NCBI GenBank assembly: GCA_046563655.1
Contig: CM102285.1
Coordinates: 9,424,001-9,488,000, forward strand
From: Yuukianura sp. NJ FZ-2021
Taxonomy: Eukaryota
Direction: 5' to 3'
Length of the DNA stretch: 64,000 nt
Part shown: positions 47,276-60,600 of the stretch, in pieces
How the letters are laid out: each line of letters begins with the position of its first letter
How positions within the stretch are numbered: the first letter of the stretch is position 1
Position numbers and translations under genes: made by a program
The notes under the pieces: model-generated
The model's database searches: none
The model's input: only the letters and a program-made list of their open reading frames with translations
What the model was told of the DNA's origin: nothing

Positions 47276-47301
47276 TAAATTCGTCATTCTCCAAGACACT
47301 G

Positions 47302-48704
47302 TTACTTGAAATCCGTTACGTACTGCATTCTGGCGCACTGCTTGCAAGCGTCATCAATATTCGCGTATTGAAACTTGTATCCTGACTCCAAAATTCGTTT
47401 GCAAAGAACTTTTTGGCCCTCTGTCATAATTTTCGCACGCTCTTCATGAAAGATTTCGTTGAGGATGAAGGCGGGGATACGAAAAAACCATGGTCTCCAC
47501 ATGGCCTTTCCCAAAGCTGCTGCGAATTCAGCATTCGTGATTAATTGAGGAGCAACGGCATTGTATACACCTGATACGCTTTCGGTTTCGATAGAGTAAA
47601 TCATGAAATTCGTCAGGTCGTTTACGTGGATCCATGGGAAATATTGCTTTCCAGAGCCAACAGGTCCTCCGCCGCAGAACCAGAATGGCCAGTACATTTG
47701 TTGTACTACACCGCCTTCTCTTCCAAGGACAACTCCTAAAATTGCAAATCCCGAGAATCAGATTCACATTTCTGTATTTAAAGCGAGTAATTTTCGTTTT
47801 GAAATAACCTGATCTAAGTATAACTCTGCGAACAGTCGGAGATTTCTGTAACTCTGTAGCATTTTCCCAATCAGTGACTAGACTTGAAAGGAAATCAAAG
47901 TTTCCACCAGGACTTTCTTCAGTATACTCTGCTTCTGCTGAAGGTGGATAATAACCTGCAGATTTAAAGTTATCAAACGCGTTAAATTAAAAGTAAACTC
48001 CATCAACTTTGGAATTATTTGGCTTTTGGAACATACCAACACCGGACATTGAGATGAACACCTTCGGTTTACTGGATTCTGGAGCAGCATCGATTGCTTT
48101 TGCCAGTTTGTTAGTGGTGCTGACCCTACTAGCCCAGACATTTTGCTGTTACAAACGATTACTTTGAATATAGTCACTTGTTGTTTGACAATTCGACAAA
48201 ATATAAGGTGAATCCCTGAAAGCAGACCTTAAAGCCTGGAGTCCACCTCCTTGTTATGTCAAATACATTTTGGCCAGCCGTATTGATCACTGCAGACACT
48301 CCTGACGGAATGCCATTTTCTTGTATCTCTGTCTAACAAAATAAAAGCCGAAAAGTTACGTTAATTAAAACTGATGAAAATGATTTCAGATTTGAAGGAG
48401 CAAACTAATTGTTTTTCTGTTGATGAAGTCAAATCGTACCCAAGTAATATGAAACGGGCCAGGTTGTCTCGAAACAATTAAAACTCGACATCCTATTCCT
48501 CGTAATGTTCGGCTAAGAATTGACCCAATAAATCCAGTCCCTCCACCTGAAATTAAAAATTCGAGAGGGAATTTAAGAAACTTCATTTCCGAAGTCATGA
48601 AAGTTGTCATGAATTCAGATTGCCCAGCTCGTTTATTATCGTAAATCGTAATTTACATAGTTTTGCAACTCACCAATTAAAATCGTCGATTTAGCTAGTG
48701 ACAT
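47302..48704 (-). CDS. SDR39U1: epimerase family protein SDR39U1 (multi-exon)
   Basis: ILIGGGTGFIG Rossmann motif, GGPVGSGKQYFPWIHVNDL, SGVYNAVAP, EGQKVLCKRILESGYKFQY. Confidence 0.93.
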
Positions 48705-50020
48705 TTTTTGATTAGGATCCTTGTTGCTTACTCTTTTTGTAATAGAATAGGTGATTGTGTAGTACTACTAATTTAGCCAGGAGAGTTGATTCTTCATCTT
48801 GATTGAACAGTTTTAGTCAAATTAACCCTATCGGTAGCAGAAATGTAACACTTCGTGGTAATCACAGTGTTAAACACTAAAAAGTCAAAAGTCCAAATTG
48901 AATTGAAATCGTAAAAAACAAAATCCCGTCGTAATTTCCTCCGGAACGACTCCGCAGGGGCAGACCAACCTTCTTGTATATCGGGTAAGAACTTTCGTGT
49001 AACGATAATTGTGAACCGTGTTAATCGTCGTAAATTACAGTTTCGAAATTAAAAGACATGAAAACCGCTACACAAAACTTCTAAAAGGAGTAAAATAGTA
49101 AATGTGTTGTGCTCAGCTGTTTTCTGTTTGTATGCTTAGCACGCATGAACCAATTTTGGGTAGGGGGAGGGGGGTGGGATCACGAGATCACGTTTTTTTT
49201 ACAAGAAAAACATCACGATCACATGCATTTTGTTGGTTTTGTTTAGGACAGGACAAGGAAACTGTAGAACATTTTATAAACAAAACAAAGATTGTCACTG
49301 TTCACTGAGTCAAGCATCACTGATTGATTAGTTAATCAACGGAGAGTAGTTCATCCGCCAGTGGTGTCGCTCGTGGTGTCCTGCCTCTAGCCTCTAGCCA
49401 GCGTAAGTCAAGTACTTTTGTTTTTTTCGTCTTTCTGGATCTGCAAAGAATTGTTCAAATGTACAAAGTAGTACGAGTAATTGGAGAAAAACAACGACGA
49501 ATTATTACTAAGTTCCACCTTTGACAAGGGATTAAACAGCGGCCAGAGGAAGAGATGAATTTGCCATGTTCCTAATTTAATTTGGACATGTTTTCAGTTT
49601 ACAGGTTGACCGGGTTTGATTTCACAAGACAGGCATCAAGTTCTATTCGGAAAATATTCATTGCCATCTTTCCGTCATAAGGAGTTGACGGGCACTGGGG
49701 ATTTAAGTGCTTTTTTGAATGGTAAGTGCTAAAGACACTTCGCCAGCCGAACGGGAACCATCGGCTTCACCACTGGGAATGTACACTGGTTGGGTGTTTC
49801 CACACCGATGAACGTCTTCTATCTCTCACTTCTACACGCGTCTTGCCGTTAACATTCAGACATACTGGTTTACGAGAACTCGAACTGTAATCGGTCCTGG
49901 AACAATCGGTTTTTGTGAAAGTAAGATTGAAAACTTCTTTTAGCCAGTTTTGTGTTCGCAATTATTCTGATGTATAAAAATGAAACTTTTGTTCTCAATT
50001 CAGGAGTTTTGGCTGTCATA

Positions 50021-50974
50021 ATGCAGAGATCGATTTGTCGGCTCATTCGTGGTACTTGCCGCAAGTTTCGTGAGAATGATTGCCCTACCGTTGGTTCTGA
50101 AGAAGTTCGACAAAAGCGCAAGTCCAAGGAAGACTTTACCCCTCCTAAGTACTCAATTTCTGAAGCCCTGGGATGGACCACAGGACTTATCCTCACCTAC
50201 GAGTTTACTCATCGTCACCGTCGTAACTGTTTCGGAGGAGATGTCCCTTCGGGTACTGCTCGAGAACGATTGATGTTGTATATTCGACATTGTCCTTTTG
50301 CCATCGCCAAGGAAGTTTCTGCTCAGCCAACTTTCAATACCGTTTCAACAGTAAAGAACGTCAGGAGCTCGCATCAGAAAAACTTGATTTCTATCATCAG
50401 CAAGAAATCAATTGATACAACTCCATTTCTCAATGACCCTGCAAAATTCTTCCCAGAAGATGCTTATGGTCCTACTACTCCGGTGACTTTTAACGACGAC
50501 AATGACGAGGAAGATGGAGTCTATTTCGATCCAACCATTTCGAAGTTTGATGAAGTTCGAGCTCATAAGCCACATGACCCCAAGGTAGCTGCATCCGCTG
50601 AAAAAGTTGCATCAGACATTCTGAGCGCCCTCGGAGCTTTCATGCTGGCAGCCTCAAAGTCAGAGTCATCACTCCCGCCGAAGGCAAAGGACATGCCCTC
50701 CTTGGACCCGTTTTATGTTTTGGAGCGCGGGGCTGAACTCGGGAGTAGTCGAGCTTTGTACAACTTGGGCGTTGCGTATGAACGGAAGAACGAAACCGAA
50801 CTGGCCAACGAATACTTCAAGCGTGCTGCTGCTCTGGGTCATCCATTGGCATGCTACAATGTTGCTGTCGAGAATATTGCTGAAGGAAATCTTCAGGATG
50901 GTTGGGCCCTCATGGCGTTTGCTGCCCAGAATGGTGTCCAAGAGGCTGTCGAAGTTCTGAAGGACAGAGTTTAA
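50021..50974 (+). CDS. DELE1-like (death ligand signal enhancer) mitochondrial SEL1-repeat protein, single coding exon
   Basis: Arg-rich presequence-like MQRSICRLIRGTCRKFR, EALGWTTGLIL segment, SEL1 repeats SSRALYNLGVAYE...YFKRAAALGHPLACYN. Confidence 0.65.
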   Translation: MQRSICRLIRGTCRKFRENDCPTVGSEEVRQKRKSKEDFTPPKYSISEALGWTTGLILTYEFTHRHRRNCFGGDVPSGTARERLMLYIRHCPFAIAKEVSAQPTFNTVSTVKNVRSSHQKNLISIISKKSIDTTPFLNDPAKFFPEDAYGPTTPVTFNDDNDEEDGVYFDPTISKFDEVRAHKPHDPKVAASAEKVASDILSALGAFMLAASKSESSLPPKAKDMPSLDPFYVLERGAELGSSRALYNLGVAYERKNETELANEYFKRAAALGHPLACYNVAVENIAEGNLQDGWALMAFAAQNGVQEAVEVLKDRV

Positions 50975-51609
50975 GACTTTAATGGCGTACCGGCTTGGAT
51001 TCGCTTTAAATCTTTTTGACTGTTGTAAGTTTAGTATGTGAATAGTTTTGTTATTACAACATTTAATCAATGTATAGTACTTAAGAAAGTGGAATAGACT
51101 TATCGAACTTCTTAAAGTGGCTTTTAGATGAAGTGTTACTTTCAATTTCTTTTGATCATCTCAATTTACGTTACCTAAAAGATCAAGACTTATTTCGCCT
51201 AGCAATTTCAAGCGTTTGAAAGTAATCAACCAAGTTTTGGAATTGTGCTTGTGTTTAGCATCTCTCTTTCTGTACACAACTAACCAGCACAAAAGTGTAT
51301 TCCTATTTAACATTTAAATTAAAAACACCTTTGTCATCATTACAATGGCTTTGATGCGTAATTTAATTAACACAAGAAAAGTTCTGATGGTAATATTTAA
51401 TTGACATAGAAATTGTATTACTAAATTAAGTCGCGATTAGTGGGGAGGCAGAGGGTTTAACAAGTATTGTTAACATGACTCCGGAGTTATTAGCAAAATC
51501 TATAGAGAGTTATTAGGAATATGGCAGTGTTATTGCAGAGGGTGTGGCCAAAGGTAAAAGTTAACAAAATGATAAAGTTTTCAATTAATTCGTTAAATTA
51601 TTTCGTAAA

Positions 51610-54600
51610 TTAGCGTCCTTTCTTTCCCCCAGATGGAGGTCCTGCAATAAACACCAATGTAAGTCATCGCTGAATACTGAAGTTAGATTTCTAAAGCTAG
51701 GAGTACTTGCCTTTCTTGGTTCCACCTGAACTGAGGGCGCCGTGGGCCATCCCCCCGGGGTAGTTGCAGAACTCGCAGTATCCTGGAGGTCCTTGAGGCT
51801 GTGGATGTGTAAAATGCGCAGAAGTAGTAGAATTATATGTTATAATAATATATTTTAAAACTTTATTTGTTTTCAGGAAATCCGCAGCTTACCCCTGGTG
51901 CTCCGTTTTTTCCGGGTGAACCTCGAGGTCCGGGTGACCCCCTCTCTCTGTTGAATTAGTAAATGAAAACTTTGAATTTTTGTAAAAGTCAGTAACCTGT
52001 TAGTAGTAAAGTGTTTGATGGCCAGCGCATTACCCTTGACGTCCAACAAGGCCAATTCCTGGAGGGCCTTGCGGCCCCTGAGGCCCGACCTGGCCAGTCG
52101 GCCCCTCTAAAAAGTGAAAGTGAAAATTAGCCGGTGAAAGTTGACATTTGTTGTGAAAACTGTGTTTCAAGAGCTCAAAACTTTTACCTAATCCAACGCC
52201 TTCTGGGCCAGGCGGGCCCATATCCCCACGTTCGCCCTAGAAATGTTTTTGAGAGGAAAGCACTTTAGAAAACATGCAGAGTTTGAAATATTTTCAGATA
52301 TTAAATTTATTTTTAAGTATTCAATATTTGATGATCACACCTTCGGCCCCTCACTGCCTCTCGGCCCAGGAAGGCCAGGTAAGCCAGGAAATCCTCTGGA
52401 ACCGTCCTCGCCTCGACTTCCGGGATCGCCTAAATATGTTGAAGTAGTTAAGATTTCGGAGTTTAAGATTCTCTTAAAAATAAGTTGAGCAACATAGACG
52501 GAAAGCGGGCAAGCTAAAGCCGAAGCACGCCAAAACATAAAAAAAAAAGAAGAGCTCAACTGAAAAGACATCGACACGAAAGACGTCAACAATACAAACA
52601 CATCAACAATGCGAAAACAAAAGATATCAACCGAAATTTCATTTTTTTTTTACCTGGTTATGAACTTTGGGGAATTTTTGTTTTTCAAAATTTTGAAAAA
52701 AAAAGTAAGTCTGGCTATCCTATCACAGTTAGCAATGACAGTTAGATGACGTATGGCTAGCTGGCCATGCAGTACCGTACCGAAGGCGCGGCGTTAGGCT
52801 TGGTAAAGCACACCATAAGAATTACGTCTGTAGGTTGTATTGTCTAAGTCTGGCTTATTAAATTTTCAAAATTTCAAAATATAAATCTATATTTCTGTTT
52901 TGTTGATCTCTTTCCATTGCTGATGTGTTTGCGTTGTTGATGTCTTTGCTGTTGATGTCTTTTCATTGTTGATGTCTTTTTGTTAGAAGTCTTTTGTGTT
53001 GATGTCTTTTCAGTTGATATCTTTTTTTTATGTATTGGCATGGACCCACTAAAGCTTTCCCATGCATGACAATAATGCGTTTTGTTGCTAAACCTGGTAT
53101 CCCTTGCGGGCCAATCGGTCCCCTTGGCCCGGGTTTTCCGACGATGGACCTTCCAGGCGGCCCAACCAAGTTTCTGGTGAGCTCCTCCAAGCGATCTAGC
53201 ATTCAAACAAATAAGCTAAAACATGCAAACATTGAATTTGACCATGAAGCGACAAAATAAAACCCTTATACATGCTCTAGCTGTTCTTATTAAGAACCCG
53301 CAACGATACTGCAGCGAACAACGACAGGCTTTTGCCGACAATGACCCAAAGCTTAGTTTCTTTAACCGATTAATCTGTCAACCTCTTTCGCCTGGTCTGC
53401 CAGGCTCACCGCGTTGACCTCTAGCTCCAGGAGAACCAGCGTCGCCTGGTGGGCCTATTAGTTTGGCGGTTAACTCCTGCAACTGATCTACAAAACTCGA
53501 TTCGTCATTGTGAGGTCAAGATCACTTTACAGCGTGTTTTTTTTAACTTTAGTTGATACCGGGTAACAAGTTTCAGTGTGGGGGATATTATTGTTTCAAA
53601 CCAATTCTCGGTGCGTACAAGAGATTTGCTAATACTACTTAATTTACCTCTCAACACAGAAGCACAAATTTCGCGAAGTTCATTCTCGGTATACGTCCTT
53701 CCCTGAAATATTGAAACATTGAACTTTTGACCCTTAAGTACTAGTGCGACTGAAGAATAAGAAAAGTACTCACCGGGGTGCCTGGATTTCCTGGAAGACC
53801 AGGCATTCCGCGTTGGCCATCGACGCCAGGAATTCCTGAGAAAGCACAGCGAGGTTTTTAAATAGGGTGACACTTTCACCGGAAGTTGGTGCTTAAAGCT
53901 AGATTTAAGAATTAAGTTAAGTTAAGTTTTAATCTAACATCATTGCTGAAGCTAGTTATATTGTTACAGATTGCGATTAGGTGGGTAGCACGCCATTGCT
54001 CCAAATGAATTGGTCCGAAACGCCATGCTACGAATAAATTGGTCAGAAACCAATTGCTCCGAACTTTGCTTCGAATGATCCATATTGCTCTAACATAGCA
54101 CTGCTACAAAACCAGTTGCTTCGAATGGTACATTGCTCCGAAAGGTGATTTTAAAGAAATTTAAATCGAAAGATGAATTGATAAAGAAATTATTGGTGCA
54201 AAGCAGAAATTGCAACATCATTTTTCTCAATGGAGTATCGTAAAGTCAACTGCGAACGCTTTGAGCGTTCGACGAACTGTGATTCCGTTAATCAGAAATT
54301 TTGTGGTACTCAAATCACCCTATCACATTGATTTATAATTTGTGATATAGTTAAGACAATGTTGTTCGGTTTCTCCACAATTAAACTTATTTGTAACTTG
54401 ACAATCGCTTGAATTTGCACTCTTCATTTTGACCACTAAGAATAATTCAACCTTCGGACCAATTAAATGTTTCGGAATAAATAATGTTTCGGAACAGTGT
54501 ACCATTCGGAGCAATTGGACCATTCTTACCATATCCTGCGAATGAACTGGTCCGACTCATTCGCAGTATTTCGCTTCGGACCAATCCATTCGGAGCAATG

Positions 54601-57600
54601 ACAGAAACCCGATTAGGTGTACAGATAATTAATTTTAATTAACGCTGATTAATTAAGACACATTTTAAAATCAACTTCCGGTGAAAGTGTCACCATATTC
54701 AAAAAACCTCACTGTAAAGTTTATTTCAAAAACCAAGAGGAGAAAGTTACTTTCTCTTTTGACCTTACCTGGTGGGCCAATGGAACCTGGGATTCCTATA
54801 GTCAGATTTATATGAATGATTTGATGTTTTTTATGAGCAGAGTCCCAAAAAATATTTCTTATCAATATTTTAAATATTAATTTTTTATAAATCCTTTTGA
54901 AAATAAATAGTTATTAAATATTTTGGGGTTTTTGAAAAAATATTAGTTTTTAATTTTTGGGCAAAATCCGCTATTTTTCAGTATGAAGGGTCGCTAAACA
55001 ATATGATCATATGCGTGCTTAACACACACAGTACTTCAAATAAGATTTTTTCACAGGAGTCGCCGGAATTGCTTCACCGGGTTTTATAATAGGAAAAATG
55101 GGGTATAAATACTCTACAGAAACGACTTCCAGAGTAAATCAACAGCACAAATTAATACGTCGAATAAAAATTATAAGGTTAAACCACTTTTTGTATGTTA
55201 TTAGACGCCTAAATGCAGTAAGTTCCAGGAATATTGTTGTTTTAAGTAAATATTGAAGCAAATATTTTGCTAGTTTTTAGTAAATATTTAAATATGTAGC
55301 ACTACAAATAAATACTTCGGTTGTTTATAGAAATTATTTTTTGGGACTCTGTTTATGAGATAATGAATCGATTTTTTTTAATTAATTTTTTTTTTCAAAG
55401 ACGATTTTTGAATTTATGTTTAGTACCTGGCGGGCCCGATGGTCCAGATGGCCCACGCTGAAAATAATTAAAGTAAATTGTAGTTCAAACCACATTTAAC
55501 TTTTGAATTGTCTCTGGCATGGTACAAACCTCTCCTGCTGCTCCTCTTTCACCAGGCTGAAACAAAAAAGAGAAAGTTTGAAACGCCAATGTGAAGGGTA
55601 AAGTGAAAAACAAACTAGACGACAAAAACTTTAATTAATCTGATTAGTTCAGGAACTGTGAGTTACAATTCCAGGTGGTCCAGGTACTCCAGCAGCTCCT
55701 GTGAAAGTGGACATCAAGCAGCAATAATTGTATGATTTCGAAAAATTGCCAATAGAATAAATCGATGGTTTCAGAATTTACCTCGTTCTCCGGGAGGACC
55801 GTATCCTGTACCGCCGGACCCTGCGCCAGGAGGTCCCGGTTCACTAAATTCAAAATGTTGTGTCAAGGCCATGTCAATCAGTTTGCTCTTAAAAATTGAC
55901 TTTTAGAGTTATTTGTATTTTTTGTATTAGTGTAAAAGCTTGCTGTAGCGTGAGAGATTTTTCTCTTAACACTAATGCAAATGCAACTACAATTTGTACG
56001 CGATTTTTCTCATTATAATAACAGCAGAGGGGCAAAACATATTTTCTTATTATATTACATATTTGTATATTTTTTAAAAATGTTTCTCGAAAAAAAAATA
56101 TATAAAAAAAAAGGTTAAATTAGGACACTTCTGGACAGTACTGTATACTTTTGGACAGTACTGGACACTTTTGGGCTGTCCTGAACACTTCTACACAGTA
56201 GTGAACACTGTTGGACAGTACTGGACACTTTTGGACAGTACTGGACACTCTTGAAGACATTTCTATTTAGAGTTCGGAAAAATGTAAAAATAATTTCGCG
56301 CTCTTTGTTTTTTTTTCTGGAGTTCAAAAATTTGGCAAAGCAAAGCGGAATAGCGGAAAGTGAAACTTCAAAACTCCATACAACTAACTGGAGTTTCACT
56401 TTTATTTTCCCTTCTCAAAATCAAAAGCGGAAAGTAAACGGGAAAGTAAAGTGGAAACTTCGATACAACCTCGCTATTAACAACTTCCGCTAATGCAAGC
56501 TCTTATTAGGACTAATGCAAAAATACTCTATTTAAAACAAAACTTTACCCCATTTCGCCTCTATCGCCTTTCATTCCATGTAAGCCGGGGATACCGGGCT
56601 GTCCCTAATAAAATGACTTAAAATTTCAATACAAATTATATGAGGGGTGATTATGATGGGAGATCGACTGCTTTGCAACGATTTGCTGCATACTTTCTTT
56701 TAAAAACAAACCCAAAAATTACTTGCAGAAAATCGCAGCGGCAAAAATTGTTTGCAGAAAATGTTAACACTCAACATTTTCTGCATGCTCTTTCCTTGTA
56801 GAAAACGAGACGTCGAAAAATTTTGGAAGTATTTTTGGTTGTGTTTTTAAAAGAAAGTTTGCAGCAAATCGTATTGAAAAGCAGTCGACCTCCCGTCATA
56901 AAATTACACAGAAGACCAAATATTTTTAAACTAGATGATCTTCCAAATGCTTAATTAGTTTAAATTGTCATACCGGTTCGCCTCTACCAGGTTCGCCTCT
57001 TGGTCCAGTCTCACCTTTAGGCCCAGTATCGCCTACAACGGGTCAGAAATTAATAGTAAAGTACTTTCGTAAAGTCGTCTCCACACTACCAATTATCTAG
57101 CAGCAATGTTTGTGCCTGATTCATTTTCCGATTCTATTGGCATCGACATTGGAAACGCTATCCAATTTCCAATTTTAGGTATGTACTGGCGATTTTCTCT
57201 TAAATTGAAGGGTGGGAATTTACTGTTTTCAAGGTTTTGTTTTTACGTTTTGCTTCTGGCATAAGTTGTGTCACACAACTCACTTTTGATTCCGGCAGCT
57301 GTTCATGAATAATTTAAGTTAATTAATTAATTACGTTATTTATTAATTAATTAATTATTAAGTAATTCATGAACGCTATTGTAGTTTATAAGGTCATTTC
57401 AAGTGAGAGTTTGAGTTCATTCTGAGACATTTCGCGGAAGCCACTCAACCTCTCAATGAATCCTCCAATCCCGAAGCCGCAATAATTCTATTGCACGATG
57501 CTGGGTTTGATTTTCGAATTTTAGAAAAGTGCAGCAGCAATACCAATACTATTGGTGGAATGAGAATTTGTCCCCTCACCAATCTTTCTGCCGATTTTGA

Positions 57601-60600
57601 TGTGCTCCGATATTTGCTGCCAAGAAGATTGGAAGTTTGGAGATGCCTTAAGTTTTAAGAATTGACCTACCCTTATCCCCTCTCTCGCCGATGTCACCTC
57701 TATATCCGGGTGGGCCTCTCGGCCCTGATTGTTACATGTTGTTTTTAGTATTGATTTTAATTTTTAAGTAAGTTATTTTATTTTTAGTCAATTACTAACC
57801 GGGAGGCCCAATGACAGGTCTTTCAATCAATTGTCCTGGAATACCTGGAATTCAACAGTTTATGAGAAACGACAAGAAAATCACATGCTTATTCCAAGAG
57901 TATGACTAAAGATTTTAGGGTTTGCAAAATTTTTGAAGTACCTGGACTTCCTGGAAGTCCCTGGAAAGAAAAATCAACTCTATAATAGTAAAAGTTTTCA
58001 AAACTTAAAACAGTAATTGGCAATTTGAGCTTACTCGAGGGCCTGGTGCCCCTTCTTCGCCCTTCTGACCTCGTGGGCCTACAATGGGCGGTTGTGGAGG
58101 TGGAGGAATTGTGGTTGTTGGTTCAACAATTTTCTTAGGCTTTTTCAAAATCAAAATTTTGATTTCTTTTACTGTTGGGTTATTTTTAAAAGAATTTCTT
58201 TGGCATTACCAGTTCATCACAGGTTTCTCTTTCTGGTCTTGTTGGATCACAATTGAGAACCATCCATTGCAAATCGATCTTAAAATTTCACGATCACGGC
58301 AACAGTTTTCAAAAATTTACTTTTTTCTAAATCAAAAAATCAGGAGGGACCTTACAGGGACAGTTTCTCCATTATTGCCAGCTAGCTTGGCCATTGAAAT
58401 TGTTCCATCAGCCGACACTGGCCCTCGAACCTCAAGCACTTCGCTGCCAATTTCTTCGCAGTCCGCATACAGCATTACACGGTCTCGAAATACTCCGAAG
58501 TGGAGTTTGTGCCAATTTTTATCAAAAACCTACACGTTGATTGGTGCAGCTTACTGTATCATTTGAAATTTTTGGAGAAAGTTATTTACCTCTGCGTTTC
58601 GAAAAGAAACTGTTTGTAGTTTTCGTTCATAATCCAAAATTGAGAATTCGACAGTTTCTGGTCGTGGATTGAGTGTTATTGCAAACTGTGTTTGATTTCT
58701 GGTATCTGCAATTGCAATTATATTCCAAGGGATTTTTGGAGGTTTTCTGGTTCTCCACGTTGTGATGAAACTGAATTGTTCTGGAAGGCCTTGCGGAAAA
58801 ATTTCTCTGTAATTTCAAAAAGTTCATTTTCAAATTCTGATTTTTTTCAATTTTAAGGTTTTAATTAATTATTACCTTGTACTTGTAGTTAAGTCAATTA
58901 GCTTGTCAAGTTTATAAGCTGTTTGAAGCCTGTCGGAACCACGCACGCGTGTGACTGACCCTACTTGACCTTCTAAAATATCCAACCTTCACCAAAAATT
59001 CAAAATTACAAAATATTTCACAAAAAGAATTTTTGCCTCACTTTCGCTTTTTTGTTTTTAAATGACTAACCTGAATTTTCTAATGAAATCGAAAGCCTGT
59101 AGATCATCTTCGCCTGGTTTGTAATCAGAGCAAGGACCAGCCGGAGATAATACTCCGTTGAAGTCTGTACTTAAATTAATTTAGTAACTCTTTTTTCATT
59201 TGAAATTTGTAAATTAAAATTTCCAAAATTTTGGATTTACGAGTGTCTTCTCCAAACACTATGCGAACATTGTCCAAATCATCTACATCCGGATCATCGT
59301 AAGTGTCAAAGCCACCGCCACCATGAGTTTGTTCTAATTCAAAAATTTCGACTTTCAAACAATATGTGCGAAGTGCTGAAGGATTTGAAATTTTACTTTT
59401 TAATTTATAGGTTCATACGAGTTGTGACAGAAGTAACGAGGAAATGTAGCGTCAAAGTGGATATTGCGAGATTCCAAGGCGTTTTCTTTGATCTAATAAA
59501 ACGTCAGAGTGTGAAAACAAAATTTCGACAAAAAATTTTTGAAGGAGGCTCGAAAGATCACGAATTCAAGAATACGTCAAGTGTGTTCATATAAACAAAA
59601 TTTAATTGGGCATAAATTTCGGTTTCATTGGAGAACAGAAGTCAATCACTCATAAAGCCAGTCTGTGTGGTGCAAGAATTGAGTGTGAAGAGGCGGCATA
59701 TTTTTTAAAAAGCGTCAGTGAAGCTATTATCAAGTTGGCATCGGTTTTCAAAATTTTGGAAATCGACCAGATCTAAACTTCGTAATTTTTTATACCAGGA
59801 AAGACAAAAACTAGAAAAAAATTCCGCAAACAATAGGAATTAACTTTCTCTTTTGCCAAAAGTTTTCGAAAAGAATTTCAAATTATCGAGACAAAAATAT
59901 TTCGAGGGAAAAACCTTGATTCTTTCATGTAATCTTCTGAAATGAATTAGATGATCTCATTGTAGCCTTAAAACGTCTATCCTTGGGGAATAAAGCGATG
60001 ACTAGGATTAAGTGATCTTCTCAGCCGAAAGTTTTGCCCGGAACACATTTGTCATCCAAACTGCTTTTTAATCTCGAGATCAGAAGGCGGAGAACAGTTT
60101 AACCTGACAATTTTTCATTGCAGCCCTTGTAAGTAACCACTAATGGAAGTTCAATGACTTAATTCGAGCCGATTTATGTGTGGGATTGATTTATAATGAC
60201 AATCAAAGTGCGAAAATGGCTCAAATTAGCTTCCAGGCTTTTCACCAAACTTCAAACCATTTTCTGTTGCAGGAACGTTCAACTGCAGTACTTTCATCAG
60301 TTTACAAATGCTTATTAGCTCTAGACAATTGAAATTTTGAAGTTAAATTTCTATCAACATTTTTAATTGCCTAGCAAGTTTTGGAAAATTTTGAAAATTT
60401 GAAATTATGAAAATGTTGAAAAATTTTGAAACCTTTCCAGAACGACTAACACACATCGTGCTTTCCTTATGCTTATTCACTGTTGTTATGTACTTTCTTT
60501 GTTCAAACATTTTCAAAATACATGTCCATTTTCGCGGTTCAAAATTTATGGCCTAACAGCGTGATTAGTTCGAATTGACCAAAAGTTTATTAACTGAAAT

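Noticed and set aside
52874..53206. ORFs with HQQQRHQQ-type repeats
   Set aside because: They run from a collagen exon into MITE repeats and are not a separate gene.
56122..56250. Regular repeat considered as a CRISPR array or coding repeat (ORF 56115-56399)
   Set aside because: Contiguous 10-bp units with no unique spacers, in a eukaryotic intron. It is a minisatellite.
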